A DNA stretch of 64,000 nucleotides, from NCBI GenBank assembly GCA_964016885.1, contig OZ024740.1:240684001-240748000 (forward strand), written 5' to 3'. This document shows, one piece after another, positions 1-13,496 of this stretch. This DNA is from Eledone cirrhosa. Taxonomy: Eukaryota. The notes under the pieces were generated by a model. It saw only the letters and a list, made by a program, of their open reading frames with translations. It was not told the DNA's origin and made no database searches. Each line of letters starts with the position of its first letter. Position 1 is the stretch's first letter. Position numbers and translations under genes: made by a program.

Positions 1-166
1 GGTAGACCACGAAAAACATGGGCGGAGGTGGTGAGAACAGACCTCAGATCGCTGAAGCTCATGGTGGAGATGACGAAGGACCATGACAAGTGGAGAGATA
101 CTGTGCAGAATAAGACCCGTCCCACCCTTGCAAGCATGGAAAAGCGGACGTAAAATGATGATGATA
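1..166 (+). mobile_element. RTE family 2 3' end
   Basis: Matches 36120-36290 and the reverse complement of 54920-55080; (ATG)n tail. Confidence 0.88.
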
Positions 167-497
167 TATATATATATATATATCATCATCACCAATTATG
201 GTAGGAGTCAACCCTATTGTAGTGTGCCTATGAATATCTCATCGAAGCAAAGTAAAATTTGTTTTTGCAGAAAAGTTGCTTATTAGATGTCATTGAGTAT
301 TTAAAAAGTATAGAGTCAGATATATATGGTTGAACAATGAAAACATTGTTTAACCTTTTTTATATATATATATATATATTGCTAATGTTCATTGAGCCAT
401 TATGTTACAGGACATATCTTTATAAACAGTGTCAATATGACATTTTGTAAATCTTTACTGTCATTTATATACCTATAAATCTACACCCAAACATTAA

Positions 498-717
498 CCC
501 TTTCGCATTTAAACTGGCCGTATCCGGTCAGAATTCTCTCACCTCATTCTGTTCAAACTGGTCATAACTACCGCTCATACTGATCTTAAGGTGTTGTTCT
601 CAAAATAAATAATATTAAAATTTCATAGATTCAATATTATGTAAGATAATTATGTGAGCTAAAGCCTTTAGCATGAAAATATAATAGTAAATATACAGTA
701 ATGTAAATGCTAAAGGG
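498..717. mobile_element. piggyBac-like TTAA MITE
   Basis: TTAA|CCCTTTCGCATTTA...TAAATGCTAAAGGG|TTAA; copies at 13372-14068, 33583-33787, ~61328-61519. Confidence 0.85.
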
Positions 718-777
718 TTAATATATCATCATCATCATCATCACCGTTTTACGTCCGTTCTTCCACGCTAGCATGGG

Positions 778-818
<41 letters not shown>

Positions 819-986
819 ATAAAATGAATATTATTATTATGAGAAGGACAGGAAAGATAATAATGAAGATGATTATAATTTTAAGAAAGAAAAAAAGAAA
901 AAAATCTACATTAATCAATAAATGAGCATAGGAAAAGAATAAGAAAGCTTATTAAATAAACAAATGAAACAAGACAAACATTGTAC

Positions 987-1122
987 CTCATTTCCTGTAA
1001 ATGATCCAGTAGCATGAAGAACTGCCACACGGAATTTTGGACTCCAATTATGAAATTCACGGACCCATTGATACATGACTGTTGTTGGACAAACAATTAT
1101 GCAGGGACCCAGACCAACATAC
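987..1122 (-). CDS. ERCC6: ERCC6 coding exon 9 (SNF2 motif Ia); gene continues beyond left edge
   Basis: [43 protein letters not shown], like [24 protein letters not shown]; aag/gtacaa bounded. Confidence 0.95.
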
Positions 1123-1473
1123 CTTCAAATTACACAAAACAGTAACATATAAGGACAAAGAAATGTTTTCAAGAATTCTGTTTATAAAACAAGACATAAC
1201 AATAATAAAATTAGTGTTTACATATCTGATGCAGTAAGCATCAAAAATATAATTAGAAACACTTATGTGATGAGAAGAAAAATAACATTAGTTTAATGGC
1301 TAATATTATTTTAATTCTTTTGATAGTAATATGCCAGTTTATATATAAAACCTTACAGTAAAAAAATGAACATGATAATCGGAAGACATATGCTTGTATA
1401 TAAGTTGTGCATGTCTATTTGTACTGTGCATTGAATATTTTGACATATTTGTTTTTTGTTGCAGTTAACTTAC

Positions 1474-1626
1474 CCCAGAGTTTTATCATGAAGCTGACTG
1501 TGATGGAGAGCAGCTAGAAAACTAATAGTTTGTATTGTCTTTCCTAAACCCATCTCATCGCCAACGATACCACCAGCCTGCTGGCAGTGTAATTCCCATA
1601 GCCAGCGAACTCCAGTCTTCTGATAC
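1474..1626 (-). CDS. ERCC6: ERCC6 coding exon 8 (SNF2 Q motif/Walker A)
   Basis: [40 protein letters not shown], near-identical to CSB; aag/gtaagt bounded. Confidence 0.96.
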
Positions 1627-2493
1627 CTTGAACAAATAAAAGAAATGTCATTAAAACATTCACAATCAAAGCTTTTATTTGAAATATATCACGTTTACAA
1701 TAATTTTCACCTGATGAAAATTTACATAATACAAAAGACATTTATTTTCATGTAAACCAACTTCAATTTCTAGTATAAACTCAAAGCTTTACATGTATTG
1801 GGGAGAGTGTGATCATGTATATCAATGCCAACAAAGACAAAATATCAAATTGATTATTGTGAGATTTGAACATAAAGAGATTTAACTAAATAGCATTCTA
1901 CCAATTCTCCTATTTACTGCCATCAAAAAATCTAATATTAAAAGCTAGACATGAATTAATGTTCTGTGTTAATAGGAGCAGGATGGTTTTCCCTACTTTG
2001 AGCATTTAAATATTGTCAAAACAAGAGCTTCTGTTTATTATGGAACAATGAAAAAGAAGAGTTAAAAGTATGAACATTGAGAAGTTGAAAATAATTCTTA
2101 ACTGGTGTCTCTTGAACTAGGAAGATGGATACACATACATTAGAAAAAATGATAAATAACAAAACAAAAATGAACAGGAATATTGCAATAGCCAATATCA
2201 TTGATAAAAATTAGCAAAAACAATACTAATGAGGTTCAAATCAGTGTTGATAATCAAAAAACCTAACACTAGTTTACTTGACTTAACACAGATAATATAT
2301 TTCACTCTTATTTGATGGCTGAGTAATTAGTGATAGGAAGGGTATCAAACAGCAGAAATGATTAAAAAATTAAACCATCTTGCCAATATAAGTATGGACA
2401 AAGTGATGCAAAATAGTTGAAAAATAACAAAAATTATTGGATATAATAATAAAAAATGTCAACAAACAAGAAATAGTGCAAAAGAAATCTCAC

Positions 2494-2631
2494 TTATAAA
2501 GCTTTTTCCAAATGTGCTTTGGTACTTTCAATCCACCATCAAATTCTGCATCTGAATAATTTTCTTCATCAGATTCTGATTCATCAGCCTCACCATTAAC
2601 TTTCTCAAATATTTTCCTTGCATTATATTTT
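2494..2631 (-). CDS. ERCC6: ERCC6 coding exon 7
   Basis: cag/gtgaga bounded; DAEFDGGLKVPKHIWKKLY, like CSB DAEFDEGFKVPGFLFKKLF. Confidence 0.93.
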
Positions 2632-3668
2632 CTGGTGACAAACACATGGAAAAATATAACACTAAAAAAGGGTCTAGAGCAATTTTCTTTTATAATTAAT
2701 GAAATAAGCTAAGATATATCTTGCTTTGAATGTGAGATGTACATGGAAGAAATTTTGGGAACTGAGTGGTGTGTTAATGAGGAGAGTATCACTGGAACTG
2801 AAGAGAAAGGTGTATGCTGAATGTGTGAGGAGTGCCATGATTTATGGGAGAGTTACATGCATGATTAACAGTATGGACTTATAACTTCTGATGGAGTCGT
2901 AGGGACACTGTAGTAACGTAGAGCATGTCTTGGGCATTTTAAACTTGATGGAGCCCATCTCTTCTCCAAGTCTGAACACAGCTGATTTCTTCCAGAAAAG
3001 GATAGAAAGTGATAGATGATAAAGAGGAACTGAGAAAGAGATATAGAGGAAGAATCAAGTCCAATATTGGACTGGTACTTTTTTATCAACTTTGAAGGTC
3101 ACAATAACTTCTCTAGTAGTCGTTTTGGAGTCACAATAAAATGCACCCAGTAGACGCTGTAAGTGGTAGTGCTGGTGCCATAAAAAAACGCACCCTGTAT
3201 ATTCTGTATAGTGGTTGGTGTTATGAAAGGCATCCAACTGTAGAAATTAAGTCAAAAATAGAACATATGAGCCAGATGTACCACCCACTTGGGTCAGTCT
3301 TGTCTTGAACTGTGAGAGCTTGTTCAACCCAGGCATATAAGGAAAACAGATGTAAAACGACCATGATGATGTATGTAGGAATCCATTCTCCAATGTATCT
3401 TACTTTTTTAAAGATATTAGAATGTGATTTGAGGGAAATTTGGCTGCTTTATTTAGAAGGTCAAACAACTATATAGAGGCTCTATCTTATCTTGAAATTA
3501 CAGCAGGAGAAACATCAAGAGTAAACTAAAGAAGGCATAGAATGAAATTAAACAACAGAGATTAATGGAAAGATAATATACTATATGATGTTGTTGTTGG
3601 TGATGATAATTTTGATACTTATGGTAAACATAATAGAGATACAACACAATAATTGAAAGTAAACTTAC

Positions 3669-3867
3669 TTCAATCTTTTCTTAAAAAAGGCAAGGTTGCC
3701 ATCATCCTTAGCTCGTTTTGCTGATACAGTCTTGGCCAAACGACACTTGCCACCATCTTCATCATCATCATCATCATCATCATCAGAGCAACTCAGTTGA
3801 GCAGCTCGGATTCTGTTTGTTTTTGATCGACTTGTTTTCTTCTTTGGGCTGATCCTCTGAGGTATTT
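3669..3867 (-). CDS. ERCC6: ERCC6 coding exon 6 (acidic tract)
   Basis: cag/gtaagt bounded; poly-Asp tract then AKDDGNLAFFKKRL, like CSB DDGDEDYYKQRL. Confidence 0.9.
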
Positions 3868-4449
3868 CTGGAATATTATAACAAATTCATAAAATACACA
3901 TGCATGTACACAGATTCAAGAACATGTATGACAGCAACAGGTGTTTTATGGCCATTTTCTCTGCTAAAAGAATTAGTCTTGTTGGCCCCATGACAGGCTT
4001 CTCTATTTTGCCCTATTCTCTACATCCTCCCTCACTAACCCCTTTGCTTTCATTTCCTTCTTCATCATCTTTATCCATGTCTTTCTTGGTTGTCCCCTTT
4101 CCTTCAATTCATTTCTATCACTCCTCTCACCCAATCACTTTCATCATTTCTCAACACATGATCCAGCCATCTCATTCCTTTTCTTTCCACAACATTCATT
4201 ACTAGCTTTTTCCCCACCGTTTTCATTTCTCTAAGTGATATTCTGGCCATCCACAGAACCATTTACATTTTCATTCTTACCAACCTTCTCTATTGCTCCA
4301 CAATCTTATTACAGCCAGATACTGTCAGGTCCCTGAATAATCGTCCCCTTTCCCCGCTTATTAATTTTTTAAATTACACTCTACTGTCTTAAAATGAGAA
4401 GAGGGACACATGATCATGCTATGATCATTGCCAATCTATCCCTCATGGG

Positions 4450-6688
4450 CAGTAACAAGAACCACAACCATCTCCAAACTGGAACTGTTACTGGACCGAG
4501 CTGCAACGTCCAAACTGGCTTGAGTTCTACGACTCTGGAGATGTCAACACTGTACTCCAGAACATCCTGAGCTCAATATGGACAGCATGTGCAGCATCGG
4601 TGCCACATAAGCAGAAAAAACATCCAAAAAGTGCAATTTGGGAGACTGCAGCAGTCCGTCTTGCCAGAAAAGAACGTCGCAATGCTGAACGTGAGTACAA
4701 ACTGCACAAATCAGACATCAATAGGAAGAGGCGAAATAAATCGTCCAACCATCTCAAACAGGTGACAAAAAAGGCAGTGCTTCAATTTGAGCAGCGCATA
4801 GCAACCAGCCCTGACAGTAAGATGTTCTGGAAGTATGTTCACTCAAAGCAGAGGCCTCACTCTCCAGTTGGTCCTCTTTGCAATCCCCACACAAGCCAGG
4901 TTACTGATGACCCCAAAGAATGCGCAGAGCTCATTGCTGAATGCCACACAGGGATTTTCACTATTGAAGACCAGAGTGTACCATCTCCACCACCTATGAC
5001 ACCGGACTCTATTACAACCATGGAATTTACACCTGCAATGCTGCGACGTCACCTAAAAAATAAACGCAACCATGCTTCTCCTGGTCTTGATGGTGTTACG
5101 TAACTGCTTCTCAAATGTGGTGGGTACTTTCTTCTGCACCAGTTATCACGCTTCTTCCAATTCTGTCTGAACAACGGTGCTACTCCAGAACAGTAGAAAA
5201 CTGCCAGTGTCATTCCTCTGTTCAAAAAGGGTGACCGCACATCACCTGTGAACTATCGTCCAGTCAGTCTTACTAGTTGCATCACCAAACTGATGGAATC
5301 CTGTGTCAGAGAAACACTTTGGAACTTCTGGAACTTTCATAGTCTTATCCGGCCCTCGCAATTTGGATTTATCCCGAACTCCAGCTGCTATGATCAACGT
5401 ATCGAGTTTCTTGAAGATATCACCTGGATCACTGATGGTGGCTCATGGGTGGATATTGTTTACCTTGACTTTGCTAAAGCTTTCAATTCTGTGCCACACA
5501 AAAGGCTTATGGTAAAATTCTCTGCAATGGGTGTGAGGGATGATCTTTTTAACTGGTTGAAGTCCTTCATTCTCAGTCGAAGAGAGGTAGTCACGGTTCT
5601 GGGACAGCATTCCTCACCATATGTCATCTGGTGTACCACAGGGATCTGTTCTTGGCCCCCTTTTGTTTGTGGCATATATTAATGACATAGATGCCAACTT
5701 AAAGAATGCCACAGTACTAAAGTACGCAGATGACATCAAGCTGTACCTTGAGATAAAAAGGACAGATCCTGAACACTATAGATCTTGCTTGCAGTCTGAC
5801 CTGGACACAATGCAACAATGGATCTCAGACTGGCAACTCAAGCTAGCCGTGGACAAGTGCACCACCATGCATTTTGGGAGTAAAAACCCAGCGTCTACAT
5901 ACTCCCTCCACAGTACTAATATCAAGAAGGCTTCTTGTGAACGTGACCTGGGCATTACGGTCAGCAGCGATTTGCGTTGGACGAAGCATGTCTCTAAAAT
6001 TGTCAAGAGGGCTGAGGGTGTCTTAGCATCACTCAGCAAGACCTTTGTCAGCCGCTCTCCAGCTATCTATTTAAGGCTGTACATGGCTATGGTGCGGCCA
6101 CACTTAGAATTTGCATCACCAGTCTGGAACCCCTATCTTGCTCAGAACTGCCTGGAAACTGTTCAGAGACGTGCAACCAAGTGAATACCCTCCATCAGGC
6201 ATCTACCATACTCTGAACGCCTTGCTTCCCTGGGCATGGATACATTGAAGCTCCGACGCCTGGTAACTGACTTGGTAAACACCCACAAAATTGTTAACCA
6301 TCTTGCCATCAACAACCCTGAGTACCTTTTTGATTTCCATGTGTCTAACATACGTGGGCATGCCCACAAAGTTAGAAAACAGCACAGTTCCCATGACTTT
6401 CGGAAACATTTTTTCACGCTCAGAGTTGCTGAAGCATGGAACAAACTACCTGCATCAGTTGTTAGCTGTCGAGACACTGCATCCTTTAAAACCTCCATGC
6501 TTCCCGAGATTCGCCAACACTACACCTAATGTTCCCCCTCCATACACATACACACATGTATATCATGACTCATACACTATTCACTTCCCTGACATTTGTA
6601 TATTATTCTATGTACTATACATGCACCTTTGATGAGTTGTAGTGCACCTGAGCACTTTACACAATAATTTCATTATTATCATTATTAT
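4450..6688 (+). mobile_element. 5'-truncated CR1-group LINE (decayed RT ORF) in an ERCC6 intron
   Basis: NYRPVSLTS, YLDFAKAF, GVPQGSVLGPLLF, YADD and RPHLEFASPVWNP motifs; stops at 5101, ~5194 and 6182, frameshift near 5620; (ATT)n tail ~6672-6688. 5' edge approximate. Confidence 0.9.
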
Positions 6689-6853
6689 CCGGACGCCATG
6701 CTTTTTCAGCATAGTTACGTCCCTTTAGGATCTGAGTTCAAATCCCGCCGAGGTTAACTTTGCCTTTCATCCTTACGGGGTCGATAAAATAAAGTACCAG
6801 TAATGTACTGGATAATTGCTGGCCTTGTGCCAAATGTAGAAACAATTATTATT
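6689..6853 (+). mobile_element. SINE family A (5'-truncated, abutting the CR1 tail)
   Basis: Matches 15466-15623. Confidence 0.85.
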
Positions 6854-7278
6854 ATTAGATAATGGAGACCTAGATAGCAAATGCCCAAGAGAAGAAAGGG
6901 ATGGTGATGGCTGGAATGCTTTTAATTATAGGTTTACTCAGTCAATGCTCACTGAAGACTAAATAGTATCATGTCTTATGTGAGATCTAGCTATTACAAA
7001 TCTGATCTAACTGCCTATTCCTACAACCTCAGCAACTAGTTCATATCATTTTTACTATTATATATTAGAATAAAATCAAATAAAATTAATATCAAACTAG
7101 ATAGGTCACCCTGAGCCATCTGGTGTTGGATCATGGCAACCCATCCAACTCATGCCAGCGTGAAAAGCGGGCATAAAATGATGATGATGATGATGATATC
7201 AAGTGAAAATGAGTATAAAATAATTTTTTTTTTTTAAATCAGTACAGAAATCAAAGTTAAGGACTAAAAGAAACTTAC

Positions 7279-7803
7279 CATCATCAGGGTTCCAATCATC
7301 ATCACTGTCATTATACCCTCTAGCATTACGGCAATCTTTGACTGCAAAATTATTGCTGAGGGAATCCTCCTCACTATCATCATCTGCTATTGGTGACTTG
7401 CTACTTGATGATGGCAAAGGTTCACTTCGAAATTGTTTTCTTTTTTCATCAAACAAATTGGGTTTTTTTTTCTTTTGCGGGCTAGGAGTTGGAGCAAAGC
7501 GGGAATCTTGCAATATAGAATTACGGTCTTTTAAGTTTGCTAATGTTACCGTTGATGTTTTTTGGTGCTTAGTTGGTGTGCGTTTCGTTTTGGTCTTTTC
7601 CTTTTCCATTAAGAACTTCTCAAAAGGTGACATATCTGACTCTGATGTTAAAGTAATGCCTTTGGACTTCTTATCATTGGAATCTTTAGTTACTGAGCCA
7701 AATGGAGTCATTTCACCAGTCCGGATAAGCTTTTCCTGTTCAGTTTCTTGTCCAGAATTACCAAACGTCAACATTTGATGCAAAACAGAGAGTTCTTCAG
7801 TTT
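7279..7803 (-). CDS. ERCC6: ERCC6 coding exon 5
   Basis: cag/gtaagt bounded; contains ETEQEKLIRTGEMTPFG (CSB/Rad26 motif LIRTGxMTPFG). Confidence 0.92.
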
Positions 7804-8662
7804 CTGCAGAATGGAAAAAGAGAAATTGTGACATTCAAGGATGTTAATGCAGTAAAATGAAGCTGATTCAAGTGATAATTATAGTTAAGTTGCAAATGAT
7901 ATTTATAAAACTTATTTTCACATTAAAGACTTTATGCAGCATAATAATAATAATGTGTCTAGTGGATAAACTTATTACTATGCTTGGTTTAAAAATAAAG
8001 ATTTCTAGTTTGAATACAATCAGAGACTATGTACATATCTTGGAATAAGATAGTTGATGGCAATTGGAAATCTAGTCATAGAAACTATGCTAAAATAGAA
8101 CTTATAAAGGACACACACACAAACTCCACAAGTTACACTGCAGGCTTTCAATATAGGAGGACACTAACTCCGAATAAAAACTGATTCAAAGCAGACCCTT
8201 TAGTCCCATTGCCAAAAAACTTTCTGTTACCAGTGACACAACAAAATGCACCAAGACCATGCAGCAACATGGCTAGTGATAGGAAGAGCATTCAGATGTA
8301 AAAACTATCAAAAATGAAAACATATGAAAGAGCTGTAGATGCCTCAAATCATATTACAATTTACTAAGGTGGCAGTAACTCTTAAGAACTAATATAGAAT
8401 AGAGTGGACTCTTTATTTCAGCTGCAGATAAGATATGCCAGTCATATGATAAAATATATCACCCCACAAATACTGAAAGAAGGCATCATGACAGTGCAAT
8501 AATGGCATCTCTCTGTAATCAGACAGGCTGTCCATCATCTTACACAGTTGTGCTATGATATGAGGCATGATATGTAGCATATTGCAATAAGAAAATACTG
8601 CTTGTTGAGTGGAAGTATGAAATCTTCGTCTGTAGATTTTTCTCTTATTATTCAAATATTAC

Positions 8663-8756
8663 CTTGTTTAACAAGTTCCTCATCTGCTTCCAATCCATCA
8701 GCATTGCCGTAGATCTTAAGGTGTAGTGCTTTCATCTTAGCTTTGATTTCTTTCAT
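8663..8756 (-). CDS. ERCC6: ERCC6 coding exon 4
   Basis: cag/gtaata bounded; MKEIKAKMKALHLKIYGNADGLEADEELVKQ; phase 0 to 1 links the neighbouring exons. Confidence 0.8.
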
Positions 8757-10520
8757 CTGCCCAAAAATATTTTCAGAAAAAAGCACAAATTAAGTTATAG
8801 AGAATTAAAATATAAAAAACATTGTAAAAGAAAAGTCCACAGTGAATTAATTTATAGAATAAAAGTTATTTATTTACTAAAACCTCCAAATTCTTGATTA
8901 TTTTCAGAATTCTATGTAAAAATATATCACATAAATACAATTTAATAGATAAAGGAAAACAAAATTTAGATTGAGAAGAGAGAATGGAATGTAAAAGAAA
9001 ATATTTTTAAAAATGGAAAAGGAAGTGAATGGTAAAGATTCCACTTGAGTGAGCAAATCTATTTCTATTTATTTAGAAAGCATTTATTGTTGTAGCCACA
9101 CCTGAGATATCTGCAGTTTTTTTTTTCTATTAGTGTTGTATTGTTGTTACATATATAAAAATTTGTAATTGCATTCTATTAAAAAAATACTGTAAGAAAT
9201 TATGTCATATTTCAGATTTAATTTTTTTTTAAATTAACATTTTGGACAGCAAACAAAACGAAATAATTTGACATTTTTAAATTCCATTCTTTAGCAATAT
9301 TAAAACTGCAACAGAAATAAAAATATCAATCAATAATCCAGGTATTTAGTCTTGACTTGCCTTTATGTATCAGTTGCTACAATATTTTGAAGAGGACCAT
9401 TTACAATATAAACCCAGAATAATGTAACTACAAATAAAGTTTTGTTCACCACGGCAAGCAGCAGAAGCACTGTATAACTGATGAATGTTTCAAAGGTTTG
9501 CTTTACTAAGCTAAAATCCTATTACAGAGGAAAGAAATATCATACAAGGAAGACAGGTGACAACTCAACAATATAGAATACATCCTAATTACTACGTAAC
9601 ATGTACATATACATAATTATGTACCCCACCCTAGAGCTACCTCTCCACACCACACTGTAAAGTGGTTGTGTTGGTGACATGACAAAAAGCACCTAGTTCA
9701 CACTGTGAAGAGGTCATGTTGGTGTCACAATAAAAACCACCCAGTACACACTGTAAATGTGGTAGCTGTTAGGAAGGGCATCCAGCTGTAGAAACCAAGC
9801 CAGAATCTGTTCTGTATGAGCAAGACATGGTCATCTGATCTGAATTATTTCACAATGGAACAACTCGTCTAACCCATGCTAATGGGGGAAAATGAGAGTT
9901 AAATGGAGATGATGATGATGAAAATACAGGTATGGCTCTGGTTAAGTTCACTCCGCAATCATGTAGTCTTGGGTCCTATCCCATTGCACGACACCATGAG
10001 CAACTGTCTACTATAGCTTCAGGTTAATCAATGCCTCATGTGTGGATCTGGTAAACACAAACTGTACCAAGCGTATTGTGTATGTGTGAGTTAGGAAGGG
10101 CATCCAACCGTAGAAAACCTGCCAGATAGTCCTATAAGAGCGAGACACGGTCACCCGACAAATCTTGCCTCAAGAGGGACAATTCCCTTCTAACACATGC
10201 TAGTGGGGAAGATAGACGTTAAACGATGATGATGATGATGATGTGTGTGTATTTATTAGTCTCAGTCTTTTCTCTTCATATTTGATATCAATAACAGGGG
10301 GGGGGGGGGGTTATATTTGTTTACATTTAACATAAACAGAAGTGTAATGGCTGGGTGACTACTGAGACAATCAAGCATCAAATGTTCAACAACGGAGACA
10401 CAATGAAATGACTACAGCAGATATCTAACCATAAAACATCTTAATCAAATGTCATTGTGTTACTAAAACTATGTGGCAGCTAAAAAAACTATCATCTGAG
10501 GAAATTAGTCTTTTTCATGA

Positions 10521-10894
10521 ATCATCATCATCATCATCGTTTTACGTCCGTTCTTCCATGCTAGCATGGGTTAGACAGGTTGTCCTGTTGTGGGCAGTGT
10601 CTGGTCGGCTGACTATACCTTGCTCATACAGGAACTGATTTTGGCTTGATGTCTATAGCTGGATGCCCTTCCTAACACCAAACTCATTTACAGTGAATGC
10701 TGGGTGCTTTTTTCCGTGGCGCCTACACGTCCACTTTACAGTGTGGGCTGGGTGCTTTTTTGCTGTGGCACCTCCACGACTACTTTGCAGTGGGAGGGTG
10801 TGGGGGCATATTGTCTATATGCTTCAGCTTGTACCCATGGGAGGTCGGGTACTCTGTATTACTGCGTGACGCCAGAGGTCACGGTCGTGTGTCA
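10521..10894 (-). mobile_element. RTE family 1 3' end
   Basis: Near-identical to 16660-17032. Confidence 0.9.
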
Positions 10895-11049
10895 TGGAAA
10901 ATTAAAAGGAAAAAAAAAAATTTTTTTCACTGTTTTGTCGGGAAATCAAAGACATGATGTTACGATCGTGAGTCAAACACCCTAACTGCTAAACCAGGTG
11001 TTCCCACTGAAAGGAGTATATAAACAGAAATTATACAGTTCATACTCAC

Positions 11050-11164
11050 TCTTTTTTCTTTATGTTGTTTAACAGAATCTAATTTTTTAATTTCTTTCAA
11101 AGGTGCATTTTTGCGCATGCTTGCAAGTACTCTGTTAACTCGAGCAATTTCTTGCTTCAGTGAC
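11050..11164 (-). CDS. ERCC6: ERCC6 coding exon 3
   Basis: tag/gtgagt bounded; SLKQEIARVNRVLASMRKNAPLKEIKKLDSVKQHKEKR, N-terminal coiled-coil region; phases consistent. Confidence 0.85.
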
Positions 11165-11398
11165 CTAAAAAAGATAGACATAGAAATTATATTCACCTAA
11201 TTCACTGAAAGTAAACTTCAGAAGATGGGTGAAAGGCATAGGATTAACATGAAAACATCTTTTATCTATTATAACAAATAATTTTATTAGTCCAGTTGTA
11301 GAATTTATAAATGTAAATTCACTTTTCAAAATAACAACCAGAGGTAACCTCTGAAAAATAAACTTAAATTCTTTAAAATTCTATTTGAAACATAAAAT

Positions 11399-11603
11399 AA
11401 TTGTTTCTACTTTAAGCACAAGGCCAGCAATTTGAAGGGGAGGGGAAAGTCGATTAAATTGATCCCAGTACTTGCTGGTGCTTTATTTTAACGATGAAAG
11501 GCAAAGCTAACCTCGGCGAGATTTGAACTCAAAACGTAAAGGGCTGTAACTCTATGCCGCAAAGCATGTTGTCCGACGCTCTACTGATACTGCCAATCTA
11601 CCA
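11399..11603 (-). mobile_element. SINE family A (variant)
   Basis: Reverse complement of the family A consensus. Confidence 0.8.
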
Positions 11604-12330
11604 GTTTTACCCATAGCAATTGTATTATATTGAATATTATTGACCTTATTCAATGATCATTTCATGTTTTAAAGGGATGGGAGATCAGTGAAATTTGGCT
11701 AGTTTAATTTTTTAATGGCTTATACTGTGAGTAACCCAGCTTTTAAAATAAGAACACTGTATCCCTACATGTTGGAGGTGACTAAAAGGGTTGTCATCAA
11801 GATGGGTATCTGATTGTAAAACATGTCCATAAAAATTAGTGTCTAACTCATGCCATTATGGAAAAACAAAATGTAATGATTTGGTTTAGAGAAAAGAGGC
11901 CTTGCCCATGACGGCCCTCAAAGACCAGTAATATCTATGCAGTTGACCTTCTTCTTCAAAAACGGTATGTTAATGAAAGTAGGAAGGAAATCCTAGAGGA
12001 ATAACATTCTTGAGAGGATAAATGGGAATAATGGTTAATGCAAGGCCTGGGTTGGGGTAGGATGACACAGTGTGACAAGGCTGACCTTTTGAATTACAAA
12101 ACTCATTTTTGCCAACTGAGTGGACTAGAGCAAAGGGAAATAAAATGTCTTGCTCAAGGACACAATGCACCACTAGGAATAAAACTCACAACCTTATAAT
12201 CATGAGCTAAACACCCTAACCACTAAGCCATGTGAAGGCTAGCAATGAGTTAAGCTATTTAGAAACCCTCTCTCCAAACAATCAAGATCCTTAAGAGACA
12301 AATTTATGAAACCCAAACTATTTAACTTAC

Positions 12331-12430
12331 TTGCAGTCATCTTCAGCAGCAGCTAACTGTTTAGTCATCTGCTTCTTTAGTCTTTCCTCTTCTTCTTTTT
12401 CAATAGCATTATCCACCTGAGCAATGACAT
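12331..12430 (-). CDS. ERCC6: ERCC6 coding exon 2
   Basis: cag/gtaagt bounded; (N)VIAQVDNAIEKEEEERLKKQMTKQLAAAEDDC matches CSB VLQQVDNAI; phases consistent. Confidence 0.9.
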
Positions 12431-12884
12431 CTGTAAGATAGAATAAGTTATATTATATAATTATAATTATATATAATAAACAAATGATCAAGAAAGAATA
12501 AAAATGGATTTTGAATCTCTTATTTACAGAATTATGTATATAAATGATATATTTGAAAAGTTAATATTTGATGAAAAATTAAAACAATAGTTGAAAAAAA
12601 TTCATTCTGTGTTTTATGTGATATAGAAAGAACATTAAAACTAATTAGATTAATTTATATCTTAATAGTTGTTACTTTTGTTGTTAAATAAATTTACTCT
12701 TGAATCGGAAACATCTAAGCAGGTAACCAGATTCTCTTATACAACTAATAACAGGAAACCAAGTTAATTGTATGGCAACACAATGACAAAACAAAAACGA
12801 TATATATCTTTCTTTCTTATGCACACTTACATCAAAAACATTCATATTCGTTAGTATTATGTAATTAAAAAAATAACTACTTAC

Positions 12885-13203
12885 TTTGTTCAAATTCTTC
12901 TTGATTAAAAACTGTAAGTCCGAGAGAAGACAGTTCATCATTAACTTGGCCTTCTAAATGAGCTTTTGGTATTAAACTTGTATCCACCTTAAATGTGTCG
13001 GTAGCTTTATCTCCAGAGGTGCTTTCATCGTCTTTCTCATCAGGATTGAGACCAACATTAGTGCTAGAAGTACTGGGAATATCTATAATCTTTATGGATA
13101 AGGAATCACTTGATGGTTTGAATTTAGATTTAGAAGATTTTTCATTTTCCACAACAGAATTTTCAGCATTATCACTGCCTGGGGATGACTGTTGTGAATC
13201 CAT
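12885..13203 (-). CDS. ERCC6: ERCC6/CSB first coding exon
   Basis: ATG at 13203 follows a ttttttcag acceptor (exon starts 13217); GTAAGT donor at 12884. Ends ELSSLGLTVFNQEEFEQ, like CSB ELQGLGVDVYDQDVLEQ. Confidence 0.85.
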
Positions 13204-13496
13204 ATTTATCAATAGCTCTGAAAAAATGTGTTAGCCTATAAAAAAAAAACACACAACAAAAATAATTTAAAGAAAGTCATTTGAAACAAAAATAAAACAA
13301 TTTAAATTTTAAATCTACAAAGATTTTTTATGAGCATGTTATATTATGAAAGAAAATAATTTGTGCATTAACCCTTTAGCATTTACATTACTCTATATAT
13401 ACTATTATATTTTCACAGTAAACATTTTATCTTATATAATATCAAATTTAGCAGATTCGGATAATATTTATTTAGAGAATACTTTAACATAAGTAT

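Noticed and set aside
1710-1722. Other CTGATGA occurrences (1711, 9478, 37003, 60414) as hammerheads
   Set aside because: No properly placed stem II, GAAA and NUH site.
2632-3668. Possible CSB-piggyBac (PGBD3-like) fusion: this intron follows DDG...KRL in phase 2, apparently the position of the primate PGBD3-containing intron
   Set aside because: The intron is only ~1 kb and holds decayed SINE/RTE pieces. No transposase ORF is visible, and the TTAA MITEs elsewhere are non-coding.
3760-3786. (CAT)n run as a retroposon tail
   Set aside because: It lies in frame inside an ERCC6 exon and encodes the acidic poly-Asp tract.
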